The notes under the pieces are model-generated. The model had not been told where the DNA came from and did no database searches. It worked only from the letters and a program-made list of their open reading frames with translations. The position numbers and the translations under genes were made by a program. From the NCBI GenBank assembly GCA_048941015.1, contig JBHLNZ010000011.1, positions 1 to 64,000 of the forward strand: DNA of 64,000 bases. Reading direction: 5' to 3'. This DNA comes from Promethearchaeota archaeon (GTDB taxonomy: Archaea; Asgardarchaeota; Lokiarchaeia; Sigyniarchaeales; SOKP01). Shown here piece after piece: positions 1-10,210 of the stretch (positions within the stretch are counted from its first letter, which is position 1; each line of letters begins with the position of its first letter).

Positions 1-1553
1 GGTGGACCGGCTTTTAAAATACTCCCTCTATAGAAGTTTAACATTTTGGCATGTTTTGGATATGTATCTTCTGTTCCTGTTATTCCAATTAAAATAATAG
101 GAACTTGTTTTTCTATTGCTAATCGCATTGCCCCAGTATGACCTTCTAGAAGTACTCCGCCTCCAGGATTAGTTGTACCCTCTGGATATACAACCACTAA
201 ATGTCCCTTATCAATAAGATCTTTGGCGAAATTATATGAATCTTCATCATGTAAGCCCCTCTTCAATGGAAAAGCGTGATGATTTCTTACCCAAGCGTTT
301 ACAACCGGAATCTTGAAGAGCGATTGTTTTGACATTTGATATACAATTCTCCTTGGTTCATTATAGATGATACTCGTAGCTAATAAGATTACATCCCATT
401 CAGAATTATGATTTGTACACACAACAGCAGGACCTTCTTTTGGAATATACTTTTCAAAATCAATTATCTTGTAAGGGATCATCGCCTGGGACCAATTATG
501 TACTAACTCTCCCGAAAAGGTATAGACGTACTTCTGAAATTGCTCTCTTAACCCAAATTCTTCTAAGCTTCTTAATAAACCATACCAAATATCGTCAATT
601 GTCCAGAGAAGTCCCTTTGTGAAATCCTTAAACATGCTTTTAATATTGAATGATGATTGCGGTTTTTCTATGTCTTGAGCAGAACCAATGGAGAGCTCAT
701 CCTCAGTTTTTCCATACGTTCCTTCTCGTAATTCGAATATAACAGTCCTTAATTCATTGGTTAATCTTCTAATGTCTTGATAAGAAACTTTATTAACATC
801 ATACTTATCATAATATATCGGATCTCCTACACGAGCTTTAACTTGAGTTGGTTTCATTACTAATTTTCCCTTGGGTAACGCATTTGCCGAACCCACAATT
901 GCCATGGGAACAATGGGTGCGCCCATCTCAATTGCTAATCTTACAGCACCAGTTTTAAATTCTCCTAATTCACCATCTTGAGAGCGAGTGCCTTCGGGAA
1001 AAATTCCAACCCATTCACCGCCTCTAATAACTTGTCTGGCTCGTTCCCAGCCCATTTCTGGATTTTCTCTGTCAAGTTTAAAAGCTCCTAAATTTGTGAA
1101 AAGAGTTCTGACAATCGGAGTTTTAAAATTGTCTAATTTGCTCATAAATCGAATTCTACGATGGCATGCAGCCCCACAGAAGAATGGATCCAAGTGGGAT
1201 TGATGATTGCTTACTACGATGCCCGGACCATACTCAGGAAACATATTTCCCTTAGGATATTCTGATTTGAAATTCCATAATATCCGACATGCTGCTTTTA
1301 CATAGAAGTAGGCTGCCCACCATTGTAATCGACCTTCAATCTTATCTAACTGTAATCTCTTGATTAGGTGGCGATAAAGATCATTGAGTGGATCGATTGG
1401 ATTATATTTTAAAATCTTATAAAGCGCACCTTGGTGACGTTTATCATACTCCAAATCTCCTTTCAACTTTTCAAGTTCCGTTTCAGATAACATATCTTCA
1501 TCGAACCTATCAAGATCTAAAGGTTGCTTTTTTTGTAATTCCATATTTTTCAT
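1..1553 (-). CDS. plsC: Tandem (two-domain) lysophospholipid/1-acyl-sn-glycerol-3-phosphate acyltransferase, PlsC family; 3' end runs off the window edge
   Basis: Not in ORF track; manual minus-strand translation from ATG 1553 (MKNMELQKKQ...) is open to position 1. Domain 1: NHQSHLD, RFMSK, FPEGTRS, FKTG, PIVP. Domain 2: NHNSEWD, QMSK, YPEGTT, GHTG, VPII. Confidence 0.9.
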   Translation of the reverse strand, partial: MKNMELQKKQPLDLDRFDEDMLSETELEKLKGDLEYDKRHQGALYKILKYNPIDPLNDLYRHLIKRLQLDKIEGRLQWWAAYFYVKAACRILWNFKSEYPKGNMFPEYGPGIVVSNHQSHLDPFFCGAACHRRIRFMSKLDNFKTPIVRTLFTNLGAFKLDRENPEMGWERARQVIRGGEWVGIFPEGTRSQDGELGEFKTGAVRLAIEMGAPIVPMAIVGSANALPKGKLVMKPTQVKARVGDPIYYDKYDVNKVSYQDIRRLTNELRTVIFELREGTYGKTEDELSIGSAQDIEKPQSSFNIKSMFKDFTKGLLWTIDDIWYGLLRSLEEFGLREQFQKYVYTFSGELVHNWSQAMIPYKIIDFEKYIPKEGPAVVCTNHNSEWDVILLATSIIYNEPRRIVYQMSKQSLFKIPVVNAWVRNHHAFPLKRGLHDEDSYNFAKDLIDKGHLVVVYPEGTTNPGGGVLLEGHTGAMRLAIEKQVPIILIGITGTEDTYPKHAKMLNFYRGSILKAGP

Positions 1554-1557
1554 CTCT

Positions 1558-2346
1558 TTATGGGTTAATTTTTAATTTTTTTTGAACATTAGGTTCTGAT
1601 ACTGATTTTTTTTCAATAATGTTTATAAATTCATCTAATGAATCAATTAATAAATCGGGTTTAAATTCAGCCAAAGTTTCTCTACTACTTACTCCACTAG
1701 CTATTCCTATAGTCCATACTCCTGCTTCTTTACCTGCTTCTATATCAGAAGGCATATCACCAATCATAATAAATTGATTTAATTTACATGATTTATAACT
1801 TTCGAATACAGGACTTAAAGCTCCTGGATCTGGTTTTAATATGGGTAGTTTATCAGCACCATAAACTTCTTTAAATATCCCTAAAATATTTTCATTTTCG
1901 AGGTGTTCTAGGACATTTCTCGTCTGATTATGCGAAACTATAAATAAGTCATATGATTTCTTAAGCTTTTTTAGTATTTCTATTGCTTTAGGGTAAAAAG
2001 GAGCTTCTTTAGCATAGTTTAAATATTTAGTAAATATTTTTGTAGCAATTTGCAATTTCTTTAAAAATGAAATTGATTGAAGTGAAGTAATATATTTAAA
2101 CATTTCATGAGACCCAAGAAGAATCTTTGGTAACGGTAAACTTTGAATCGTTTCCATTAATGCGCCAATTTCTTGAATTGTAACATCAATATCCGCCTTA
2201 ATACCTTTATCTTCATACACTTCTTCAATAGATTTTTTTAAGGGCTCTCTAATATCAAGTAATGTACCATCAAAATCAAAGATGATTCCTCGAATTGACC
2301 CCGAATGTAGTTGTTTTATTAATTGATTCTCCGTAGTCATGACCAT
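1558..2346 (-). CDS. HAD-superfamily hydrolase (phosphoglycolate phosphatase-like)
   Basis: Motif I FDFDGTL, motif II VSH, motif III KPDP, motif IV IGDxxxD; ends 4 nt before the plsC start. Confidence 0.88.
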   Translation of the reverse strand: MVMTTENQLIKQLHSGSIRGIIFDFDGTLLDIREPLKKSIEEVYEDKGIKADIDVTIQEIGALMETIQSLPLPKILLGSHEMFKYITSLQSISFLKKLQIATKIFTKYLNYAKEAPFYPKAIEILKKLKKSYDLFIVSHNQTRNVLEHLENENILGIFKEVYGADKLPILKPDPGALSPVFESYKSCKLNQFIMIGDMPSDIEAGKEAGVWTIGIASGVSSRETLAEFKPDLLIDSLDEFINIIEKKSVSEPNVQKKLKINP

Positions 2347-2560
2347 CTAATCTTTCTTTTTACTTTATTAAAAAAGCGTTACGTTTTTAATAACTATTAA
2401 TTAATAGTAGATGAATTATCTTTACTAAAATACCTTTTTATATAAAAATATATTGGTCATTATAATACTTTAGAAAGTATGAAAGAAGAATTCTTTAAAT
2501 TTCTCTAAATAAAAAATAAGGATGTTGGAAAATAATAAAATAATAAAAAAAATTTTCTTT

Positions 2561-3295
2561 TTACGCGATTTCTGAACCACATAATGCACAAAATCTACCT
2601 TCACCACTTAGTCTGGCACCACATGCAGGGCAAAATTTAGGTTTTTCGCTAGAAATTGGGATTTGTTCTTGATAAACTTCCTGTGGTAAAGATTCTTGAG
2701 GTTTTGGCTTTGAAGTATATGAAAGATCTAACATGTTTAACTTAGATAATTTAAAGTAGCCTACAACTTGTAAGATAAAACCAATAAATAATGTAATTAC
2801 AAGAAATCCTAAAAGATACATTAGAGCTCCCATTCTTAGTTTCTCTGCACCACTATATGCTTCATCTCTTAATCTTTCTGGGAACATCTCTCCGCTTTCT
2901 GCAAAGAATAGCTTTAAACCCTCCCAAGCATGCATATTAATTATACCGCTTACAATGAAAAATGCAGCACCAATTCCCACAATAGCACCACCTGAGCTTA
3001 TAATCATCCAATCAAAAGGGAGGATATAACTTGTGGCACTAAAAACAATTAATAGTATACCAATTATCAAAATTGGAACTCCAAGTAATCCAATAATAAA
3101 ACTGTTTATGATCTTAGAACGATATGCTTTTAAGTAATTATTATTTAATTGAAAATTCGCCCTTTTAATGTTTCCTAATGCTATAAACATGAAAATTAAT
3201 GCTATGGGTCCAATTCCAAGTATCGTACAAATAGCTACGATCTGCATGTTCTTTCCAAATTCTTTGAATTCATACATTATGCCTTCATTTGACAA
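2561..3295 (-). CDS. Membrane protein (DUF973-like) with C-terminal zinc ribbon
   Basis: Four hydrophobic helices, then CPACG...CALCG; TTG start preceded by GAAGGTGA SD-like site. Confidence 0.7.
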   Translation of the reverse strand: MSNEGIMYEFKEFGKNMQIVAICTILGIGPIALIFMFIALGNIKRANFQLNNNYLKAYRSKIINSFIIGLLGVPILIIGILLIVFSATSYILPFDWMIISSGGAIVGIGAAFFIVSGIINMHAWEGLKLFFAESGEMFPERLRDEAYSGAEKLRMGALMYLLGFLVITLFIGFILQVVGYFKLSKLNMLDLSYTSKPKPQESLPQEVYQEQIPISSEKPKFCPACGARLSGEGRFCALCGSEIA

Positions 3296-3589
3296 TTAAT
3301 TATCACCTTCAAATTTCTTAATTAAATAATTTAATTAATTTTTTAAGATTTAATTTAACTTATTTGAAACTAATAAACGTCAATTAATATTAGTTTTATA
3401 GTCCGATTTTTGATCTTATATATCATATAAAACTCTTTTCCTTACAATCCTAATTTATAATCTTATTGTAATAATTTATAGTTAAAACCTCAGTTCTCAA
3501 AAAATATTAACAAATTTTCTATTTAATAAGATTTAATTTGTTGAACTCACTTTCATTTATATCTTTATTAAACTCATTGAGTTTTCATT

Positions 3590-4783
3590 TTGGAAAAAAG
3601 AAAATATCGTTTTTATCCCATCTTAGGTGTAGCATTTTTCCGCGTAGCTTTAGGTGTTGCGATAGGTTTAGCCATACCGCTTTATTACCTAGAAATAAAT
3701 ATCGATCCAGGCTTAATAGGCATTATTACTTCGGGGACAGCAATGGCATATTTATTTTCACCACTTATTTTTAGAAATGTTCATAAAAAAATTGGTATCA
3801 AATATACAATATTAGTATCTTTTACTGGATTTTTAGTAATTCAAATTATTTTTCAGATTTCCTTAAATCCATTTTTAGTTTATATACTGCTAATTTCAGA
3901 TGGAATAGTTTTAGGTATGTTTTGGCCTGTTTTAATGACTACGGTTTCAAGTATTTCAAATTCGAATGAATTTAATGAAAAAGAAAATAAGAAAAATAAT
4001 ATAATGAAGCATTATAGCCTTTCTTGGAACTTTGGGGGGATATTTAGCTTTCTTTTTGGTACTTTAATCTTATTTTTTATTGAAGACCATTTAATTATGT
4101 TTAGGTTCGCTTTTCTCTTTGCTTCAATTGGATTTTTATTTGCTCTTATCTTTCAAGAGCCAAATAGCATATTAGATAAAGATGTAATCGTACCTTATGA
4201 TGAACGAGTTAAAGATATACCAGATAAAGAAAATATTTCATTTCCTCTGATTTTGCCATTATTTATAATAGCAATATATGGTTTCTTGATATCAGGATTA
4301 GGCTTAGCTTTTCCAATTAAATCTGAAATATTAAATTTTGCTTTATTTACTAATTATCTTTTTTATTTCTTTCGAATGACAACTCAAACAATTTCAATTT
4401 ACAAGTCTATGGACTCTTCAATCAAATTCCTTAAAAAAATTATTCCATATTCAATCTTCATTATCATTATTATTTTTTTTATAATGGCCTTGAATCAAAA
4501 TATAATTATATTTGGGATATGTTTTTGCATTTTTGGAGTGTTTTTATCATATAGTTACACAATATCATTCAAATTAATAGTCTTTCGAAACATAGCAAAA
4601 AATACTTCTAAGTTTAGCGCATATTTTGAGACAATGATCGGAATAGGGTTCTTTTTCGGACCTATCATTATAGGATTTATATCAAGATTTAATGAAAATA
4701 TCTCATTTTATTTTTTATCAGTTTTATCGCTTACTAATTTAATAATTTTTATTTTACTGAGAAAAAAGATTAAAATTAAATAA
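3590..4783 (+). CDS. MFS transporter
   Basis: 397 aa, about 12 hydrophobic segments, degenerate motif A (RNVHKKIGIK), GxxxGPxxxG near the C-terminus. Confidence 0.8.
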   Translation: MEKRKYRFYPILGVAFFRVALGVAIGLAIPLYYLEINIDPGLIGIITSGTAMAYLFSPLIFRNVHKKIGIKYTILVSFTGFLVIQIIFQISLNPFLVYILLISDGIVLGMFWPVLMTTVSSISNSNEFNEKENKKNNIMKHYSLSWNFGGIFSFLFGTLILFFIEDHLIMFRFAFLFASIGFLFALIFQEPNSILDKDVIVPYDERVKDIPDKENISFPLILPLFIIAIYGFLISGLGLAFPIKSEILNFALFTNYLFYFFRMTTQTISIYKSMDSSIKFLKKIIPYSIFIIIIIFFIMALNQNIIIFGICFCIFGVFLSYSYTISFKLIVFRNIAKNTSKFSAYFETMIGIGFFFGPIIIGFISRFNENISFYFLSVLSLTNLIIFILLRKKIKIK

Positions 4784-4795
4784 AAAATCAGAAAT

Positions 4796-5236
4796 TTAAT
4801 GTCCTTTTTTAATCATCATCATTAAACTGCCAAAAAAAGCGATGCAATTTAAAAAGATGGTAATCCCTAAATAACTTAAGAAATATGTAGATGCATCTGT
4901 ATAATAATAATCTGTTACCGACTGAATTTTCACAATAGCAATAATAGCGATAATATTTAAGGAAAATGTAAGCGAAATCAACTCTCCGGCTCTAATAGAA
5001 CTAAAACCTCTCTCAAACTGTATCACTGTTATTGAAATTCCTAAACCAGCTATAATGAATATAATTAAGATAAAAAAGTTGACGAGGTTAAGTATTTCAC
5101 TAGGAAATTCGGATATAGGATAAATTAAACCTCCAAATAATGCTTTAAAATTCATGACCAAGTAAATTATTGAACAAATTAATATTAATATAAATCCTAT
5201 CATAGATATTATATTATATTTCTCTTGTACTTTCAT
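4796..5236 (-). CDS. Hypothetical 4-TM membrane protein
   Basis: 146 aa, four hydrophobic helices, AGGTGG SD-like site upstream of ATG. Confidence 0.65.
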   Translation of the reverse strand: MKVQEKYNIISMIGFILILICSIIYLVMNFKALFGGLIYPISEFPSEILNLVNFFILIIFIIAGLGISITVIQFERGFSSIRAGELISLTFSLNIIAIIAIVKIQSVTDYYYTDASTYFLSYLGITIFLNCIAFFGSLMMMIKKGH

Positions 5237-5455
5237 AATTTTAGTCCACCTAGTTATTTAGTGTTTATTTATTCAAATAATATCGATTTCAATAAAAAGA
5301 ATTGTGATTTACAAAAGAATTATTTTATTTATTAGTATTCTATAAATTAGCATTTTTGAGAGTTCAAATCTTCAATTAATATTATTTCATTAGATTAAAA
5401 TGCGAAACCACATTTTAAAAATCATATTAGGAATATTAGTTATTGAAGCTTATTC

Positions 5456-6859
5456 ATGTTTAAAAGCAAATCAGAAAAGATTCATAGTTTCCATCGTACC
5501 TTATGGCCTATCTATTTCTTAAATGGCTTTCAAAGTATAGCTTGGGGAGGAATAATTTTTCTAATAGTTCCTTTGTCTCGACTAATGTGGCCCAATGAAC
5601 CTACTCATGCTTTAGAGATGGGAATTTTAATTACAACACTTTCATGGGCTGCTTCAATTTCTGGTTTGCTCTTTGGTCATTATGTGGATAAACATTCACG
5701 TAAAAAAATCATAACTATTATTTCAATATTTAGGGGTTTTGCTATTTTGATGTTAGGATTTGCAATTGAAGGAGGCGGTTTTACAACGTGGGCATATTTT
5801 TTGTTTTTTGTTGCTATTTTTGGAGTGTTTGCTGGTTTAAGTTGGCCTTCTGTAATTTCTTTATCAAATGATTTAGTTCATAAAGAAAAACGCTCCCGGT
5901 TCTTTGGAGTTTATGAAATTGTTCGATCTTTAACAATGACTTTAGGTTTTTTAATAGGAGCATTTCTAGTCCAAAATGGTTTATGGCGCCAATATTTTTG
6001 GAGTACAGGTATAGGAATTTTGTTCTTTGGATTAATCTTTGCAATATTTAGTGAAGAACCTAAACGAGGTGCGCAACAAGAAGAACTTATTGATATCCTT
6101 AAAATCGATAAGGTTAGTTATGATTTTAAAATAAACCGAGAAATGATGCGAAAGACAATGCTAAGTAAAACCAATATTGTTGCATTGATTGAAGGAATTT
6201 TTACGTGGATTTTGATGGGTTCAATAAATTTTTTGATTTTAAACTTAATACAAAATGAACCACATAATATTTCAGAGTTTTCAACAAGTATTTTCATGAT
6301 CACTTTTGGTCTAACTGGTGGATTGGCGGGCCAATTAGGATTAGCACGTTTAAGTGACAAACTAGCTAAGAAAAATATGATTACAAGAGTGTATATGATT
6401 ATTATTTCGATTGTTGGAGGGATAATAACATTTGCTGCATTCTTTTTTATTCCATGGCCACATTTAACTGTAGAACAAGGAAAGGATATTCCTTTTTTAA
6501 TGTCGTTACCTATTATTTGGTTAATGGGAACTATGTTCTTTTTTTCAAGATCTATCTTTTCAATGTATATAGTGAATCAAAGTCCAGTACTTCAAGAAAT
6601 AAACTTACCTGAAGCTCAAGGACAAATAATATCTTGGAATCAGTTTTTAGAAAATTTAGGTCGTGGAATAGGACCTTCATTAAGTGGATTGATATTAGTA
6701 GCAACAAGCAATAATTATCAGCTAACTATTTTATTTATTACTTTATGCATTTTACCGGGAGTAATCTTATGGAGTATGGCAATAAGGTGGTTTCCACAAG
6801 ATTCCTCGAATATAAGGAATATTCTACAAGATAGAGCCAACATATTAAGAAATAACTAG
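5456..6859 (+). CDS. MFS transporter
   Basis: Motif A GHYVDKHSRK and ARLSDKL in the two halves; about 12 TM. Confidence 0.88.
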   Translation: MFKSKSEKIHSFHRTLWPIYFLNGFQSIAWGGIIFLIVPLSRLMWPNEPTHALEMGILITTLSWAASISGLLFGHYVDKHSRKKIITIISIFRGFAILMLGFAIEGGGFTTWAYFLFFVAIFGVFAGLSWPSVISLSNDLVHKEKRSRFFGVYEIVRSLTMTLGFLIGAFLVQNGLWRQYFWSTGIGILFFGLIFAIFSEEPKRGAQQEELIDILKIDKVSYDFKINREMMRKTMLSKTNIVALIEGIFTWILMGSINFLILNLIQNEPHNISEFSTSIFMITFGLTGGLAGQLGLARLSDKLAKKNMITRVYMIIISIVGGIITFAAFFFIPWPHLTVEQGKDIPFLMSLPIIWLMGTMFFFSRSIFSMYIVNQSPVLQEINLPEAQGQIISWNQFLENLGRGIGPSLSGLILVATSNNYQLTILFITLCILPGVILWSMAIRWFPQDSSNIRNILQDRANILRNN

Positions 6860-7031
6860 GAATTTTTAAAAAGTTCTTTATCGCTACTTTTTTCTAACTT
6901 GATAGACTCAATTTGATGTTTGCAATTAGGGGATTAAATTTCTAATTAAAACCTTAATTATTAATGAAGATTTAAATTATAATTCTTTCATTATTTTTCT
7001 AAAATTGATTCATGAAATAACCATTTTAAAA

Positions 7032-7559
7032 ATGGATTATAAAGAATTTAAAGTCTGCATTTTCGGAGATGGGGGAGTGGGAAAGACTACATTAACTCAT
7101 AGGTATTTGACCGGAGTATTTGAAGACAGCTACAAAACAACTATTGGCATGGATTTTTATATAAAAAAATTAGAAATTAATGGAAACAAACTTTCGATGC
7201 AGATATGGGATTTTGCAGGGGAAGAAAAGTTTAGATTTCTATTAAAGAGTGCAGTTATTGGTGCTCATGGAACTATTTTTATGTATGATATTACCAGATA
7301 TTTAACTTTTAAGAATTTAAATGACTGGATAAACGTGTTTAAAGAGACGAATGAAATAGAAAAACAAAAGATTTCAACAGTTTTAGTTGGTGCTAAGTTA
7401 GATTTACAAGAAGCAAGAGCGGTAACTGAAGAAAATGCGATTGAATTCTCTAAAAATAAAGGTTTTAATAGCTTTTTTGAATGCTCCTCAAAAACAGGAG
7501 AACAAGTTAATAAGATTTTTGAAACTATTGCAGAAGCAATGATTAAAAATTCAAAATAA
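7032..7559 (+). CDS. Ras-superfamily small GTPase (Rab-like)
   Basis: G1 GDGGVGKT, G2 YKTTIG, G3 WDFAGE, G4 AKLD, G5 CSSK; ATG 7032 preferred over TTG 7005. Confidence 0.92.
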   Translation: MDYKEFKVCIFGDGGVGKTTLTHRYLTGVFEDSYKTTIGMDFYIKKLEINGNKLSMQIWDFAGEEKFRFLLKSAVIGAHGTIFMYDITRYLTFKNLNDWINVFKETNEIEKQKISTVLVGAKLDLQEARAVTEENAIEFSKNKGFNSFFECSSKTGEQVNKIFETIAEAMIKNSK

Positions 7560-7574
7560 TCTATTCTTTTAAGT

Positions 7575-9935
7575 TTAAATTGCTATATGCTCTGTTCTTC
7601 TAATGATCTCATCTTGTAAATCCCTTCCTAAATTAATATAATAATCACTATATCCTGCGACTCTTACAATTAAATCGCGATGCTTTTGTGGTTCCTTTTG
7701 AGCTTTTCTTAAAGTATTTGCTGAAACAACATTAAATTGAATATGATGACCGCCCAATTTAAAATATGTTCTTATTAGATCCATAATCTTAGTTATTCCA
7801 TCATCAGTTTGAAGTAATTGTGGATTAAATTTTTGATTCAATAAGGTCCCTCCTGTTCTCGAATGATCGATTTTTGATGCTGATTTAAGTACAGCAGTTG
7901 GACCATTTGTATCCATACCTTGTACTGGTGAAATTCCCTCAGATAATGGTGTAAAAGCTCTACGACCATCAGGCATAGCACCCGTTACTTTCCCGAAGTA
8001 AACATGAACAGTTGTAGGGAGTAAATTTATTCTATGTACCCCGCCTCTTGTATTTGGTCGCCCATTAATGGCATTATATACTATTTCAAATACTATTCTA
8101 GTTAAATTATCAGCATAATCAGCATCATTACCATATTTTGGTGTTTTGTAGATAAATCTCTGCAGAATATCATTATATCCCTCAAAATCTTTATCTAAAA
8201 CATCTAAAAGCGTTTCCATTGATATAAACTTTTTATCAAACACATTATACTTTAAAGAAGCTAAGATGTCTGTTATACTTCCAAGCCCTACTATTTGAAT
8301 ATAAGACGTATTGTATTTTGCACCACCTTTATTATAATCCTTACCTTTTTTAATACAATCTTCAATGATTATAGAAAGAAATACCGCAGGAAGTTGGGAC
8401 CATAATTGTTCAATTATTATATTTCCTTTTATTTTAATATCTACAAAGTGTTTGATTTGATCCCTAAAAGCATTAATTAATTGTTCAAAGCTTTTAAAGA
8501 TCTTTGGATCTCCAGTTTTTAACCCAATCTGCTTACCCGTTAAAGGATCGATCCCATTATGTAGAGTAATTTCAAGTATCTTTACTAAATTGAAATAACC
8601 AGTAAGAATGTATGCTTCTTTTCCAAAAGCACCAGATTCTACACAACCACTTGCACCACCATTTAATGCATCTTTTAATTCTTTACCTTGTTTAATTAAT
8701 TCTTTTACTATCATATCTGTATTAAAAACAGACGGTTGACCGAAACCAGTTTTAATAATTTTCAAAGCACGCTTTAAAAACTCATCTGGAGTTTTTTCAC
8801 TAATTTGAACATTGCTACTTGGTTGAAGTATTCGCATTTCTTCAATTATATCCAAAAGGATATATGAGAGTTCATTAACACCGTTAGAGCCATCTTCTTT
8901 TAATCCTCCAAGATTAATATTACAAAAGTCAGTGTAAGTATTGCTTTCTTCAGCAGTGATACCAACTTTTGGAGGTGCTGGTTGATTATTAAACTTTATC
9001 CAAAATGCTTGAAGTAATTCTATTGCTTCTTCTTTAGTTAATCTTCCTTCAGAAATATCTTTCCTATAGAAAGGCAGTAAATGCTGATCTAGCCGTCCTG
9101 GATTAAATGAATCCCAAGTATTAAATTCAGTTATCACTCCAAGATGAATGAACCAGTAATGTTGTAACGCTTCCCAAAAAGTTCTAGGAGCATGCGCAGG
9201 CACATTAAAACAGATTTCAGAAATTTTCATCAATTCTTTTTTTCTTATAGCATTTGATTCTTTATCTGCTAAAATTTTAGCCTCTTGTGAATACCTCTCT
9301 GCGAATTTTATAATTGCATTTGTAGCAATATCCATTGCTCTTAATTGTTCTCTTTTATCAAATGCTTCGAGATCATTAAAAAAGTCTAAATTATCTAAAG
9401 AATCTTTTATTTCTTGTTTGAAATCTAAAAATCCTTTTTGCCATATATTTTTACCTCCAACAGTATGACCTGGTGCTCTCTGTTCCATAAATTCGGTAAA
9501 AACTCCAGCTTCATATGCGTCTATCCATGCTTTGTCTACTTGAGAAAAAATTTTATCTCGAATTGATCTATCTTTCCAAAAAGGTCTAATTGTATGCTTG
9601 TGTTTTTGATAGGTATCATCAGAAACTTTAAAAGAAATTTTTTCCCTACTATTTAATATCTTCATATCTTCTTCACTGTGACAACACACTTCGGGGTAAG
9701 TAGGAGTTGCTTTTGGCTCAGGGCCACGTTCACCAACAATTAATTCACCTTCATTGATACAAATTCGTTTATTCTCTAAAATGTATTGAAAAGCTTTAGC
9801 TCTGGCAATAGGATTAGAGTATTTATGAGATGCTCCATTCTTATAAAATTCTGTTATCAATAAAGCACGCTCTAATGAAATATAAGGAGTAGCTTTAAGA
9901 CTTTGTGTTTTTAAATTTTTTATACGCTCATTCAT
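7575..9935 (-). CDS. hypD: Glycyl radical enzyme, trans-4-hydroxy-L-proline dehydratase (HypD) type
   Basis: Gly loop RVAGYS, single-Cys loop SGCVE, and HypD-typical blocks as I recall them from the C. difficile enzyme: TEFMEQRAPGHTV, WDSFxPGRLDQ, FNNQPAPPKVGIT, ESxTYTDF, LPTTxH; ATG 9935 preferred. Confidence 0.85.
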   Translation of the reverse strand: MNERIKNLKTQSLKATPYISLERALLITEFYKNGASHKYSNPIARAKAFQYILENKRICINEGELIVGERGPEPKATPTYPEVCCHSEEDMKILNSREKISFKVSDDTYQKHKHTIRPFWKDRSIRDKIFSQVDKAWIDAYEAGVFTEFMEQRAPGHTVGGKNIWQKGFLDFKQEIKDSLDNLDFFNDLEAFDKREQLRAMDIATNAIIKFAERYSQEAKILADKESNAIRKKELMKISEICFNVPAHAPRTFWEALQHYWFIHLGVITEFNTWDSFNPGRLDQHLLPFYRKDISEGRLTKEEAIELLQAFWIKFNNQPAPPKVGITAEESNTYTDFCNINLGGLKEDGSNGVNELSYILLDIIEEMRILQPSSNVQISEKTPDEFLKRALKIIKTGFGQPSVFNTDMIVKELIKQGKELKDALNGGASGCVESGAFGKEAYILTGYFNLVKILEITLHNGIDPLTGKQIGLKTGDPKIFKSFEQLINAFRDQIKHFVDIKIKGNIIIEQLWSQLPAVFLSIIIEDCIKKGKDYNKGGAKYNTSYIQIVGLGSITDILASLKYNVFDKKFISMETLLDVLDKDFEGYNDILQRFIYKTPKYGNDADYADNLTRIVFEIVYNAINGRPNTRGGVHRINLLPTTVHVYFGKVTGAMPDGRRAFTPLSEGISPVQGMDTNGPTAVLKSASKIDHSRTGGTLLNQKFNPQLLQTDDGITKIMDLIRTYFKLGGHHIQFNVVSANTLRKAQKEPQKHRDLIVRVAGYSDYYINLGRDLQDEIIRRTEHIAI

Positions 9936-10210
9936 AGCTTGAATTATCAGGACCAATTAAGAAATATTTGTTTAGAATCAATATTAAATCTAACGATTAT
10001 ATATAACAATGAAAAAGAAAATGGAATTTTTTAATTTTTTTTAGAAATTAGTGTGTTTTTATTTGTTTATAAAATTATTTTTAGGAAGTTTTTACATATA
10101 TATGGGGTAAATTTTAATATTTTCTCTTAATTAATAAGAAATATTGATTATGTTATTCTTTTTTCAAAAATGAAAACTTTTTCTTGATAAATATACATTT
10201 GGTTAAAAGT

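Noticed and set aside
413-1585. Three short plus-strand ORFs (413, 988, 1388)
   Set aside because: Antisense shadows of the tandem plsC gene on the minus strand
7575-9935. Pyruvate formate-lyase assignment
   Set aside because: Single Cys in GCVE (PFL has adjacent Cys-Cys); HypD-type blocks are present
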